Below are positions 47,805-57,300 of a stretch of 64,000 bases of DNA, one piece after another. This DNA is from Planctomycetota bacterium (GTDB taxonomy: Bacteria; Planctomycetota; UBA1135; UBA2386): positions 576,001-640,000 of the forward strand of contig OZ245006.1 of NCBI GenBank assembly GCA_965223545.1, read 5' to 3'. The notes below the pieces were generated by a model that was not told where the DNA came from, did no database searches, and worked only from the letters and a program-made list of their open reading frames with translations. The stretch's first letter is position 1. Each line of letters begins with the position of its first letter. The position numbers were made by a program, and so were the translations under genes.

Positions 47805-49142
47805 ATGCTCGCCACCACGCTAGTCGCCTCTTTCGCCGCCGCCCTGGCACAGCCGTCGCAACCGCCGTCGCCCTCGCGACCACCCAACGTGGTCGTGGTC
47901 TTCACCGACGACCAGGGCTACGGCGACCTGGAGTGCTACGGACACCCCGTCCTCCGCACACCGCATCTCGACCGGCTGGCGGCCTCGGGCGTCCGGTTGA
48001 CGCAGTTCTACGCCGGCGGCCCCGTGTGCACGCCATCGCGCGCCGCACTGCTGACCGGCTGCTACCCGGTGCGCGTCGGCCTGCACCAACGCGTGATCTA
48101 TCCCGACAGCGACTTCGGCCTCCATCCCGAGGTGACGACGGTCGCCGAGCTGCTGCGCACCCGGGGCTACACCAACGGCTGCTTCGGCAAGTGGCATCTG
48201 GGTCACCGCCGCGGATTGATGCCCACCGACCAGGGCTTCGACGAGTTCTACGGGGTGCCCTACTCCAACGACATGGCGCAGGCGCATCGCGCCGCGGACG
48301 ACGACTATCCCTTCCGCCTGCCGCTGATGCGTGGCGACGCCGTGGTCGAATGGGAACCGGATCAGCGCACACTGACCCAGCGCTACACCGACGCGGCGAT
48401 CGCGTTCATGCAGACGCATTGCGAACGGCCGTTCTTCGTCTACCTGGCCCACTCGATGCCACACGTGCCACTGTTCGTCGACGCCGGCCGGGCGGGGCGG
48501 AGTCCGGCGGGCCTGTACGGCGACGTGATCGAGGCGATCGACGACAGCGTGGGGCGAATCCTGGCAGTGTTGGACGACCTCGAGCTGCGGCAACAGACCG
48601 TGGTTTGGTTTGCCAGCGACAACGGACCCGCGCGGCACGCCGCCGACCACGGCGGCTGCGCCGGGCCGCTCCGCGGTGGCAAGGGCACGGTCTGGGAGGG
48701 CGGTCTGCGGGTGCCATGCCTGGTGTCATGGCCAGGAGTCATCCCCGCCGGGACTACCTGTCGAGCCATCGCGACCGCGATGGACTTCCTGCCCACGGTC
48801 GCGGGCTGGGCCGGTGCGACGCACGAGGCCACCATCGACGGACACGACATCGGCGGGCTGCTGGCGGGCACGACCGAGGCATCGCCGACGTCGCGATTCC
48901 TCTACTACGACCGGGATGGCGAGCTCGCCGGCATCCGCCTAGGCGCCTACAAGCTGCTGTTGGAGGGGCCGCAGCTCTACCACCTCGAGCGCGACGTCGG
49001 CGAGCGCCGTGACCTGGCGGGACAAGAGCCCGCGCTGGTCGAAACGCTGCGCGAACGCGCGACGAAGACGGACCGCGCAATCAGGGCCGCTGCGCACCCG
49101 ACGCATCCGGGCACGGGCGCCTTGTTCTCTCCCGCGCGCTGA
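47805..49142 (+). CDS. Secreted formylglycine-dependent sulfatase (arylsulfatase A-like)
   Basis: PNVVVVFTDD.GYGD, CTPSRAALLTG, GKWHLG, SDNG, WEGG.RVP. Confidence 0.95.
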   Translation: MLATTLVASFAAALAQPSQPPSPSRPPNVVVVFTDDQGYGDLECYGHPVLRTPHLDRLAASGVRLTQFYAGGPVCTPSRAALLTGCYPVRVGLHQRVIYPDSDFGLHPEVTTVAELLRTRGYTNGCFGKWHLGHRRGLMPTDQGFDEFYGVPYSNDMAQAHRAADDDYPFRLPLMRGDAVVEWEPDQRTLTQRYTDAAIAFMQTHCERPFFVYLAHSMPHVPLFVDAGRAGRSPAGLYGDVIEAIDDSVGRILAVLDDLELRQQTVVWFASDNGPARHAADHGGCAGPLRGGKGTVWEGGLRVPCLVSWPGVIPAGTTCRAIATAMDFLPTVAGWAGATHEATIDGHDIGGLLAGTTEASPTSRFLYYDRDGELAGIRLGAYKLLLEGPQLYHLERDVGERRDLAGQEPALVETLRERATKTDRAIRAAAHPTHPGTGALFSPAR

Positions 49143-49161
49143 TCGCAGGTTGCCCGCACGA

Positions 49162-51471
49162 TCACCCACCGAACGACAGCGCGCTCGCCGGTGTCAAGCC
49201 GAAGCCCAACGGCGCCGTGGCATCCAGGACCGCACCTTGCACGAACAGGCGCGCCCCCGACAACGCCGCAACGTCGGGCACCGGAATCGGCAGGCTGAAG
49301 AAGCCGCTCGCGTTGGTCGAGCGCGGCAGGACCAGCAGCTGGCGCGCGGGATCGACGGCGAGCACACAGCCGCCGCCCAGCGGCACGCTGGCTGCGGCAG
49401 CCGAGAACAGCACCACTCCGGGCCGGGAGCTCGCCCCGCCGAGGAGGTCCATGCCGAACTCGACGTTGCCCAACCGCGGGATGCCGTAGCCGACGAGGTC
49501 GGGCCCTCCGGCCACACAGCCACCACCGATGTCGGCGACCCCCGGCGCGGGGTCGTCGACGATCCACGTATCGCCATGGCGGCCGACGGCCTTGAGGCCG
49601 CCGAACATCACCGTCTGACCGCGACGCGCATCCCACACCTGCACGTGGTACGCACGCGCTGCATTCGCCGGCCCAGTGGGCAGCGCCTGCCAGGCAGTGC
49701 CGTCGAACGCCCAACAATCGGCCAGCACGGTCCCCGCCGCCTCGCCGCCACAAAGTACCACCGCTCGCAAGATCGGGTCATAGTGCATCCGCGCACCAGC
49801 GCGCGGCGAGGGACCCGCACCGGCCGGTGAGACCGCGCGCCAGGCCGAGCCGTCCCATTCCCACGTGTCGCCGAACTGGAGGGTCGAGAACCCGGCGTTG
49901 CGCTGTCCGCCAAACAACACCGTACGCCCCCGGGATGGGTCGAACGCGATGGCTGCCGCCTCGCGCGCCGACGGCGCTTGCCCGCTGACGACCGCAGTCC
50001 AATCCGTGCCGTCCCATTCCCAGGTGTCACCCAAGAAGGTGCTGTTCGGCCCGCGACCACCGAACAACACCGTCACGCCGCGGCTGCCGTCGTGCGCCAT
50101 CGCAAGACCCGCGCGAGCGCTCGGCGACCGAAACGGGCTTCGCTGCCGCCAGAGTGCTCCATCGAATTCCCAGGTCTGAGAATCCAGGAGGAGCGGCTCG
50201 CCCACGGCGGGTGCAACTCCACCGAACAACACACTGACGCTGCGCGTGCTGTCGAACGCCATGCCGGCTTCGAAGCGGCCAGTTGGCCCAGCCGTGCGCA
50301 CTTCGTTCCAGCCCAAGCCGTCCCACCGCCAGGTGTCGCCCGCCGAAACACTGGGCCCCCAGAACGTGACGCCACCAAAGACCACCAAGGCCCCGCGAGT
50401 GGAATCGTAGATCGCCGCCGCGCCGTTCCGCGCCGCCGGTGCGACCTCGGCCTCCAGCTGCCACGAGCGACCGAGGTCGCGGCGCCAAACATCCGCGGCC
50501 GATGTGGCCGCCAACCCGGGACCCGCAGAGGCGACGACGCGTTGGCCGCCGACAAGCACGGCAGCCCGGCGGCTGGTGTGATAAACCGCCGCCGCTTGAT
50601 GGCGGGCGCTGACTCCGGGAGTCGCCGTCCAGCCCACTCCATCGAACTCCCAGCTGTCTCCGTAGGCGGTGGTCGGCGGGGCCGATGGGAGTGCAGCCGA
50701 GTACCAGCCGCCGACGACCACCACGCGGCGCCGGTCGCGGTCGTAGTAAACCGCAGCGCCTTGGCGCGGGGACGGGGCTCCACTCGCTACGATCTGCGAC
50801 CACTGCACACCGTCCCACTCCCACAGCTCCGAGTCCACGCCGCCGAACAGGACCACGCGACCGCGCGCCACGTCGTACACCATCTCGTGGCGGAACCGAG
50901 GACCGGGAGCCCCCACGATCGTCGCAGCGGTCATGGGCAACCAACTGTTCCCATCCCACTCCCACGTGTCGGCGAAGGTCGTGCCTTGCCGAGCCCCGCC
51001 GTACAGCACGACCCGGCCACGGCGCTCATCGTAGGCCATCGCCGCGCCAAACCGCGCGGCGGGTGCGATGGAGGGCGATCGCTGCTGCCACCGGACCCCA
51101 TCCCACTCCCAGGTATCGCCTAGAACGCCGTTCGGCCGGCTCCCTCCGAACACCACGGTCCGGCCGCGGGCGACATCGAACGCCATCGCGAACGAGGAAC
51201 GCAGGGGCGGTGCCGAAGACGGCCGGCGCAGGACGAAGGCGCCGCCATCGCTCTCCCAGGTGTCGTTGACCCGGATTCCGTCGACCGTGCCACCGAACAG
51301 GACGACGCGATCGCGGACGCTGTCGTAGACCATGCGGTGGCCGCTGACCGGCGTGAGGACATCCAGCTGGCGCCACTCTCGCTGCGCCAGAGCCGGAGAA
51401 GGAACAAAGACCAGAAGCACGACAGCCGTGGCCGTGCGAGGCAAGCGAGTCGAGTGCACAAAGCTCTCCAA
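49162..51471 (-). CDS. Secreted double kelch-like propeller protein with shared C-terminal domain
   Basis: About 12 repeats of MA(F/Y)D..R...V.FGG....DTWEWDG; start uncertain. Confidence 0.85.
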   Translation of the reverse strand: MESFVHSTRLPRTATAVVLLVFVPSPALAQREWRQLDVLTPVSGHRMVYDSVRDRVVLFGGTVDGIRVNDTWESDGGAFVLRRPSSAPPLRSSFAMAFDVARGRTVVFGGSRPNGVLGDTWEWDGVRWQQRSPSIAPAARFGAAMAYDERRGRVVLYGGARQGTTFADTWEWDGNSWLPMTAATIVGAPGPRFRHEMVYDVARGRVVLFGGVDSELWEWDGVQWSQIVASGAPSPRQGAAVYYDRDRRRVVVVGGWYSAALPSAPPTTAYGDSWEFDGVGWTATPGVSARHQAAAVYHTSRRAAVLVGGQRVVASAGPGLAATSAADVWRRDLGRSWQLEAEVAPAARNGAAAIYDSTRGALVVFGGVTFWGPSVSAGDTWRWDGLGWNEVRTAGPTGRFEAGMAFDSTRSVSVLFGGVAPAVGEPLLLDSQTWEFDGALWRQRSPFRSPSARAGLAMAHDGSRGVTVLFGGRGPNSTFLGDTWEWDGTDWTAVVSGQAPSAREAAAIAFDPSRGRTVLFGGQRNAGFSTLQFGDTWEWDGSAWRAVSPAGAGPSPRAGARMHYDPILRAVVLCGGEAAGTVLADCWAFDGTAWQALPTGPANAARAYHVQVWDARRGQTVMFGGLKAVGRHGDTWIVDDPAPGVADIGGGCVAGGPDLVGYGIPRLGNVEFGMDLLGGASSRPGVVLFSAAAASVPLGGGCVLAVDPARQLLVLPRSTNASGFFSLPIPVPDVAALSGARLFVQGAVLDATAPLGFGLTPASALSFGG

Positions 51472-51601
51472 GGTACGCGAGGGGGGGCCCAGGGACCGGA
51501 CTGGTACTGGGTACTCGCAAAACGCAGCCCGAAGCGGCAGAAGTTTCTGGGCTCTGACCGCAGGGCCGATCGGTCGCAGCTCGACGTATCATGGACTCGC
51601 C

Positions 51602-52582
51602 ATGCCAGCGCCGGCCCCTCGATGGAGAACGTTCGCCCGGCGCTCTCTCTTGGCCGTGACCGGCGGGCTCGCGGCTCTCGGTGCGCTAGAGCTGGCGCTG
51701 CGCGCTCTGGTCCCCGACCGCACTTTCGACGCGGCCGACGACATGACGTGGATGCGAGACGGAGGAGCCGCGGTCGCGCGCGCGTTCACGGTCGACCCCG
51801 AGTTCGGGTTCCGCCCGATCATCCCCGGCGCCAAGTACAACGAGTGGGGCACCATGCGCAACGAGTACTCGCTGCGCAAGACCGCGGACCGAACTCGCCT
51901 GCTGTTCGTCGGGGACTCCGTCACTCATCGCGCCAGGATCGTCGACGGCCTGCGCGCCCTGTACGGCGAAGAGCACTACGAATGGTGGAACGCCGGCGTC
52001 GAGTCGTTCGCGCCGGTGCAGTACGTGCGCTACTACCGCCGCTACAACCGCGCCATCCACCCCGACCACGTCGTCGTCACCTTCCACCTCAACGACTTTG
52101 CCACGACCCCGGTGGCGTTCATCGACGGCGAGGGGCGCTTGCAGGTGTTCTCGCCGAAGCGGCCGCTCACGGAGATCAACGCCTGGGCGTTCCAACACAT
52201 CCGCATCTACCGAGCGTGGCTCGGCTTCACCGGGACTCTACGGACCCAGGACAATCAGAACGCGGTCCGCGCCGAGGTCCGCGCGGCCCTGGCCGAGCTC
52301 CGGGATCTGGTGAGGGAGGACGGCGGCCGGCTGACCATCGTTCTGCACCCGATGATGATCCCACTGCGGGACTGGTCGCCGGCCGACCGAGAGAACCACG
52401 AAGTCGCGGAGCGCATGTTCGGCGAGCTCGGCCTCCGCTACTTCACCCTGACCGACGCGCTGGAGAGAGGGCTCGCAGCCGGTGTCGAGGCCGCGGGCCC
52501 GGACCACCATCACCCGTCGCCCGAGATCGCGCGCTACTTCGCGCGGTCGCTCCACGCCCGCGGACTGCTTCGCTCCGAGTGA
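51602..52582 (+). CDS. Membrane-anchored SGNH/GDSL hydrolase
   Basis: TM helix, FVGDSVT, NAGV, LND, DHHHP. Confidence 0.78.
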   Translation: MPAPAPRWRTFARRSLLAVTGGLAALGALELALRALVPDRTFDAADDMTWMRDGGAAVARAFTVDPEFGFRPIIPGAKYNEWGTMRNEYSLRKTADRTRLLFVGDSVTHRARIVDGLRALYGEEHYEWWNAGVESFAPVQYVRYYRRYNRAIHPDHVVVTFHLNDFATTPVAFIDGEGRLQVFSPKRPLTEINAWAFQHIRIYRAWLGFTGTLRTQDNQNAVRAEVRAALAELRDLVREDGGRLTIVLHPMMIPLRDWSPADRENHEVAERMFGELGLRYFTLTDALERGLAAGVEAAGPDHHHPSPEIARYFARSLHARGLLRSE

Positions 52583-52642
52583 CGCACCGCCGTCAACCGG
52601 GACGCGCAGCACGCTGAGGGTGCGTCGCCTATCATTGGACGC

Positions 52643-54148
52643 ATGGGATCTAGAGTGAAGAAGCTGGTGGCCGTCTCGTTGGCGACCGCTCTCCTCCTGG
52701 AACTGACACTGCAGGCCGGCTACCTCGCTTTGTGGCTGTGGTATCCGCGCCACGCGGATCTCGCCGTGCGGGCCGGCGACCGCGTGGTTCTCTGTATCGG
52801 CGACTCCTATACGTACGGAATGGGAGCCAGCACGCGGGCCGCCTCGTATCCCGCACAGCTGGAACGGATCCTCCGCGAAGAGCTCGCCGACCGGTGGTGC
52901 GTGGTCAACGACGGCTGGCCGGGACGGGCGAGCCGCGAGGCGCTGCAACGGCTCGACGACAACCTGCGCCGCTACCGGCCCGAACTCGTCTACGTGATCA
53001 TCGGCACCAACGACCGGCACGTCCGCCCTGAGGCGCTCGTGCTGCCTCGCGAAAGCGCAGTCTCCGAGAACGACTCGGGATTCGAGCTCAAGTGGCGCAC
53101 CGGCAAGCTGCTGGCGCTCTTTGCGGCGGTGGGAGAAGCCGAGCAGTCCACGCACGCGGACATCGGCAAAGGTGCCGACGCCGGCCCACGGGCCGATGAC
53201 CCGTGGCGGCATGAGGCCGAGGGCGACCACGACAGTGCGCTCGCCATCTACCGCACCCGTCTCCGATCGGCAGCAGCCGGTTCGCAGGCCGAAGCAGAGT
53301 GCCACCGGCACATCGCGCGGATCCTCGCCAAGGCCGGAGACCCCACCGGCGCCGGCGCCGCGATCGACTGGCTGCGCAACGCCTACGCCCGCGCACCATC
53401 CGAGGACGCCGCGGTGCGGCTGCTGCGCGCCCTCTGCACCGCCAAGCGCGACCGGGAAGCTCTCGAGCTCGCCCAAGCACTCCGCGTCTCGCACCCGCGG
53501 AACGCCGACATCTTGTGCGACCACGCGGCGCTATCGCTGCGCCGCCGCGACCACGAGCAAGCCAAGCGCAGCATCGAGCGCGCAGTCGAGCTCGATCCCG
53601 ACAACCCGCGCATCTGGACCACGCGGCGTTCGATCTACTGGATGTCCGACCCGGTCGAGGCGACGCGCAGCGCCGTGCGCTCGTATGCGATCTCCGGCGG
53701 CCTGCAGCAGGCGAAGTGGATGGTCGGGCTCCGCGATCGGGTGTCGGACGAGGTGTTTACCGCACTGTGCGCAGAGCTGATCGCGGATCGGGATGCGCGC
53801 GCGGCGCTGCACGCCCTGTGGACGCAAGACGACCGCGACGAGGGCCGAGATCGCGCCGCGCTCGTCTGGCTGAGCCATCTCCGCCAGATCGTGGAACGTA
53901 CCCGACGCGCGGGGGCTACCCCCGTTCTCGCCACCTACCCGCATCGCAATCCGTTCCCCGCCGAGCTGACTGCGCTCCGCCGCGACACCGGGGTCACTGT
54001 TCTGGATCTGCACGCGGAGTTCAGAAGAGCCCGCCGCGCCGCGCCGACGGTCGAGCTGTTCGCCGGCGACGGCCATTGCAACGACGCCGGCTACCGCCTG
54101 ATGGCCGACCTCGTCGCCCGCGATGCCGTCTCGCGCGTGGGATCGTAG
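52643..54148 (+). CDS. SGNH/GDSL hydrolase with internal TPR-like insertion
   Basis: CIGDSYTYG, GWPG, GTND at the N-terminus; TPR-like ERAVELDPDN in the middle; DGHCN..GY at the C-terminus. Confidence 0.8.
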   Translation: MGSRVKKLVAVSLATALLLELTLQAGYLALWLWYPRHADLAVRAGDRVVLCIGDSYTYGMGASTRAASYPAQLERILREELADRWCVVNDGWPGRASREALQRLDDNLRRYRPELVYVIIGTNDRHVRPEALVLPRESAVSENDSGFELKWRTGKLLALFAAVGEAEQSTHADIGKGADAGPRADDPWRHEAEGDHDSALAIYRTRLRSAAAGSQAEAECHRHIARILAKAGDPTGAGAAIDWLRNAYARAPSEDAAVRLLRALCTAKRDREALELAQALRVSHPRNADILCDHAALSLRRRDHEQAKRSIERAVELDPDNPRIWTTRRSIYWMSDPVEATRSAVRSYAISGGLQQAKWMVGLRDRVSDEVFTALCAELIADRDARAALHALWTQDDRDEGRDRAALVWLSHLRQIVERTRRAGATPVLATYPHRNPFPAELTALRRDTGVTVLDLHAEFRRARRAAPTVELFAGDGHCNDAGYRLMADLVARDAVSRVGS

Positions 54149-54307
54149 TCGCGGACCGAAGACGCGCGGACATGCATTGTCCCGACCCTCGGGTTTTGCC
54201 GAAGAAAGCCAGGTGGAGCAGCACGGGTGGCGCGTCGAAAACCACGCGTTGCCCTGTCGCATCCGACCTCTACGGTAGCGCCCTTCATCACCCCCCCAAT
54301 CCCGACG

Positions 54308-57300
54308 TTGAGCCAGCCCTTCACACTCTTCGAGGTCTCCTGGGAGGTCTGCAACAAGGCCTCCGGCGTGCACACGGTGCTCGCATCCAAAGCCCGCAGC
54401 ATCGTCGACCAGCTCGGCGACGACTACGTCGCGGTCGGCCCCTGGCTGCTGTCCGATTCCGACCGAGAGGTCCCGTTCGACGAGGAGCACGGCCTGGACG
54501 CGTTTCGCGACGCCTGTCGCGCCGCCGGGACGCCGATCCGCGTCGGCCGGTGGCGCGTGCCCGGCCGGCCGCGCACCGTCTTGGTCGAGTTCTCGCAGCT
54601 GTACGACCAACGCGACGAGATCCTCGGCGAGCTCTGGGATGCCTTCGGCGTCGACTCGATCTCCGGCGACTGGGACTACGTCGAGCCCCTGCTGTTCGGT
54701 TGGGCGGCGGGACGCGTGCTCGAGACCTGGCGCGAGGAGTTCTTGGCGCCGCGCCGCCGGCGCGCGGTCGTGCAGTGCCACGAGTGGCTCACCGGCTCGA
54801 CCGTCCTGTATCTGCGGCGCCACGTGCCGGCGCTCGCCACCGTGCTGACCGCCCACGGCACCGTGCTCGGCCGGGCACTCGCCACCGCCGAGCACGCCCT
54901 GCAGAATGCGCTGGCCGAGGCCGAGCCGGCCGAGCTCGCCGAGACCCACGGCGTCACCGCCAAGCACTCGCTCGAGGGCATCGCCACCCGGGAGGCGGAC
55001 GTCGTCGGCACCGTCAGCGACACCACCGCCCGCGAGCTCGAGCTGCTGCACGGACGCTCGGGTGCGGAGGTGCTCCCGTGCGGCCTGGATCTCGCCACCA
55101 TTGCCGAGGCCGCGACCCCGACCGCGGTGGCCGACGCCCGCGAAGCATTGCTCGGCCTGGCGCGCAGCTTCCTCGGGCTTGCAGACCTCGGCGACGCCGC
55201 GCTGATCGGCACCGCCGGCCGCTACGAGTTCCACAACAAGGGCTTCGACCTGCTACTCGACGCGCTGGCGGAGCTCAACGACCAAGCCGGTCGACCCGTG
55301 GTCGCGTTCCTGTTGGCCCCGGCACCGAACTCCGGCGTGCGCTCCGAAGTCCTCGAGCGGCTGGCCGGCGAGCGCCCCGCCGACGGTCCGCTCGGCGTCT
55401 GCACCCACAATCTGTTCGACGAAGACCGCGATCCGATCCAGACCCACTGTGCCCGCTTGGGCCTCGACAACGCGCCGCAACAGCGGGTCAAGGTCATCCA
55501 TCTGCCGGTGTTCGCCGCCGCCGACGACGGCCTGCTCGGCCAGAGCTACGACGCTCTGCTGGGCGCGGTGCACGCCACCTGCTTCCCCTCGTACTACGAG
55601 CCGTGGGGACTGGCACCGCAGGAAAGCCTGGCGGTGGGCGTGCCGACGGTGACCACCGACTGCACCGGCTTCGGGCGGTGGGCACGCGAGCAGTCGCTCG
55701 GCGCCGACGCCGGCATCTGGGTGCTCGACCGCGAGCGGGCGCCATCGCCGTCCGTGGTCACGGCGCTCACCGGCATTCTCGAAGAGCTGATCGGCCGCGA
55801 CCTCCACGACACCGAACTCGCGCAGGTCTGCCGGCGCACCGCGGTGCGCTTCGGCTGGCCCGACCTCATCGACCGCTACCGGCAGGCGTGGCGCCGCGCG
55901 CTCGAGAGCCTCGACACCCGCTCGGCGCAGGGCATCACCCAAGCACGGCGCCCGCGGCGCCGGCTCGCGGTGCAGGCGGCGGCGAACGCCACCGAGCCCC
56001 GGCTGGTGCCCTTCACCGTGTCCGCCACTCTGCCCGAACCGCTGATCGGCCTGCGCGCCTTGGCGCGCAACCTGTGGTGGTGCTGGAGCCCCCACCGCGC
56101 GCTGTTCGAAGAGCTCTCGCCGCGCGCCTGGGAAAGCAGCGGCCACAACCCGGTCGCCGTGCTGCAGAACGCCTACGCGGACGACCTGCGCGAGCGCGCC
56201 GCCGACGGGGACTACTGCGCCCGCGTCCAGCGCGCCTCCGCCGAGCTCGACGAGTACCTCTCACAACGGCCGCAGGGCGGCACCGACGGCCCCTCCGCCG
56301 ACCGGCCCGTCGCCTACTTCTGCGCCGAGTTCGGCCTGCACGAGTCGCTGCCAATCTACAGCGGCGGCCTCGGCATCCTCGCCGGCGACCACCTCAAGTC
56401 GGCGAGCGACCTCAACGTCCCGCTGGTCGCGGTCGGCCTGTTCTACCGGATGGGCTACATGGGCCAGCGGCTCACCGCGGCCGGTGAGCAGGTGGCGATC
56501 GATCGAGAGAACGATCCCGACCGGCTGCCGCTCGACGCGGTCCTCGATCCGAACGGCGAGCCGCTGCACATCACGCTGAAGCTCCCCGGCCGCTCGTTGA
56601 CCCTGCGCGCTTGGACCGTCGCGGTCGGCAGAGTCACGCTCTACTTGCTGGACAGCAACGTCGCGCAGAACCTGGCCGAGGACCGCGACATCACCCGCAA
56701 CCTCTACGGCGGCGACGCCGAGACGCGCATCGTGCAGGAGATCGTGCTCGGCCGCGGCGGCGTTCGCCTGCTGCGCCAGCTCGACATCCACCCCTCCGTC
56801 TACCACATGAACGAGGGCCACGCCGCGTTCCTCACGCTGGAGCGCATCGCGCGGCTGGTGCGCGAAGAGGGCCTGACCTTCGACGCGGCGCGCGAAATGG
56901 TGCGGGGCACGACCCTGTTCACTACGCACACCCCGGTCCCCGCCGGCCACGACCGCTTCAACGAGGACCTGATGCGGCGCTACTTCTCCGACGCGGCCGA
57001 GTGGGTCGGCCTGCCGTGGGAGCGGTTCTACGCGCTCGGCAACGACGGCGGCGAGGGCGGCGAGTTCAACATGACCCACCTGGCGCTCGCCTTCAGCAGC
57101 TGGCGCAACGGCGTCAGCAAGCTGCACGGCGAGGTGTCGCGCTCGCTGCTGGCGGGGTTCTGGCCCGCGCTGCTGGAGAGCGAGGTGCCGATCGCGTCCG
57201 TGACCAACGGCATCCACCTCAAGACCTGGACCAGTCCCGAGATCCTCACCCTCTCCGCAACCGAGCCGGCGCCGGATCCCGCAGCCCTGTGGCGCGCGCG

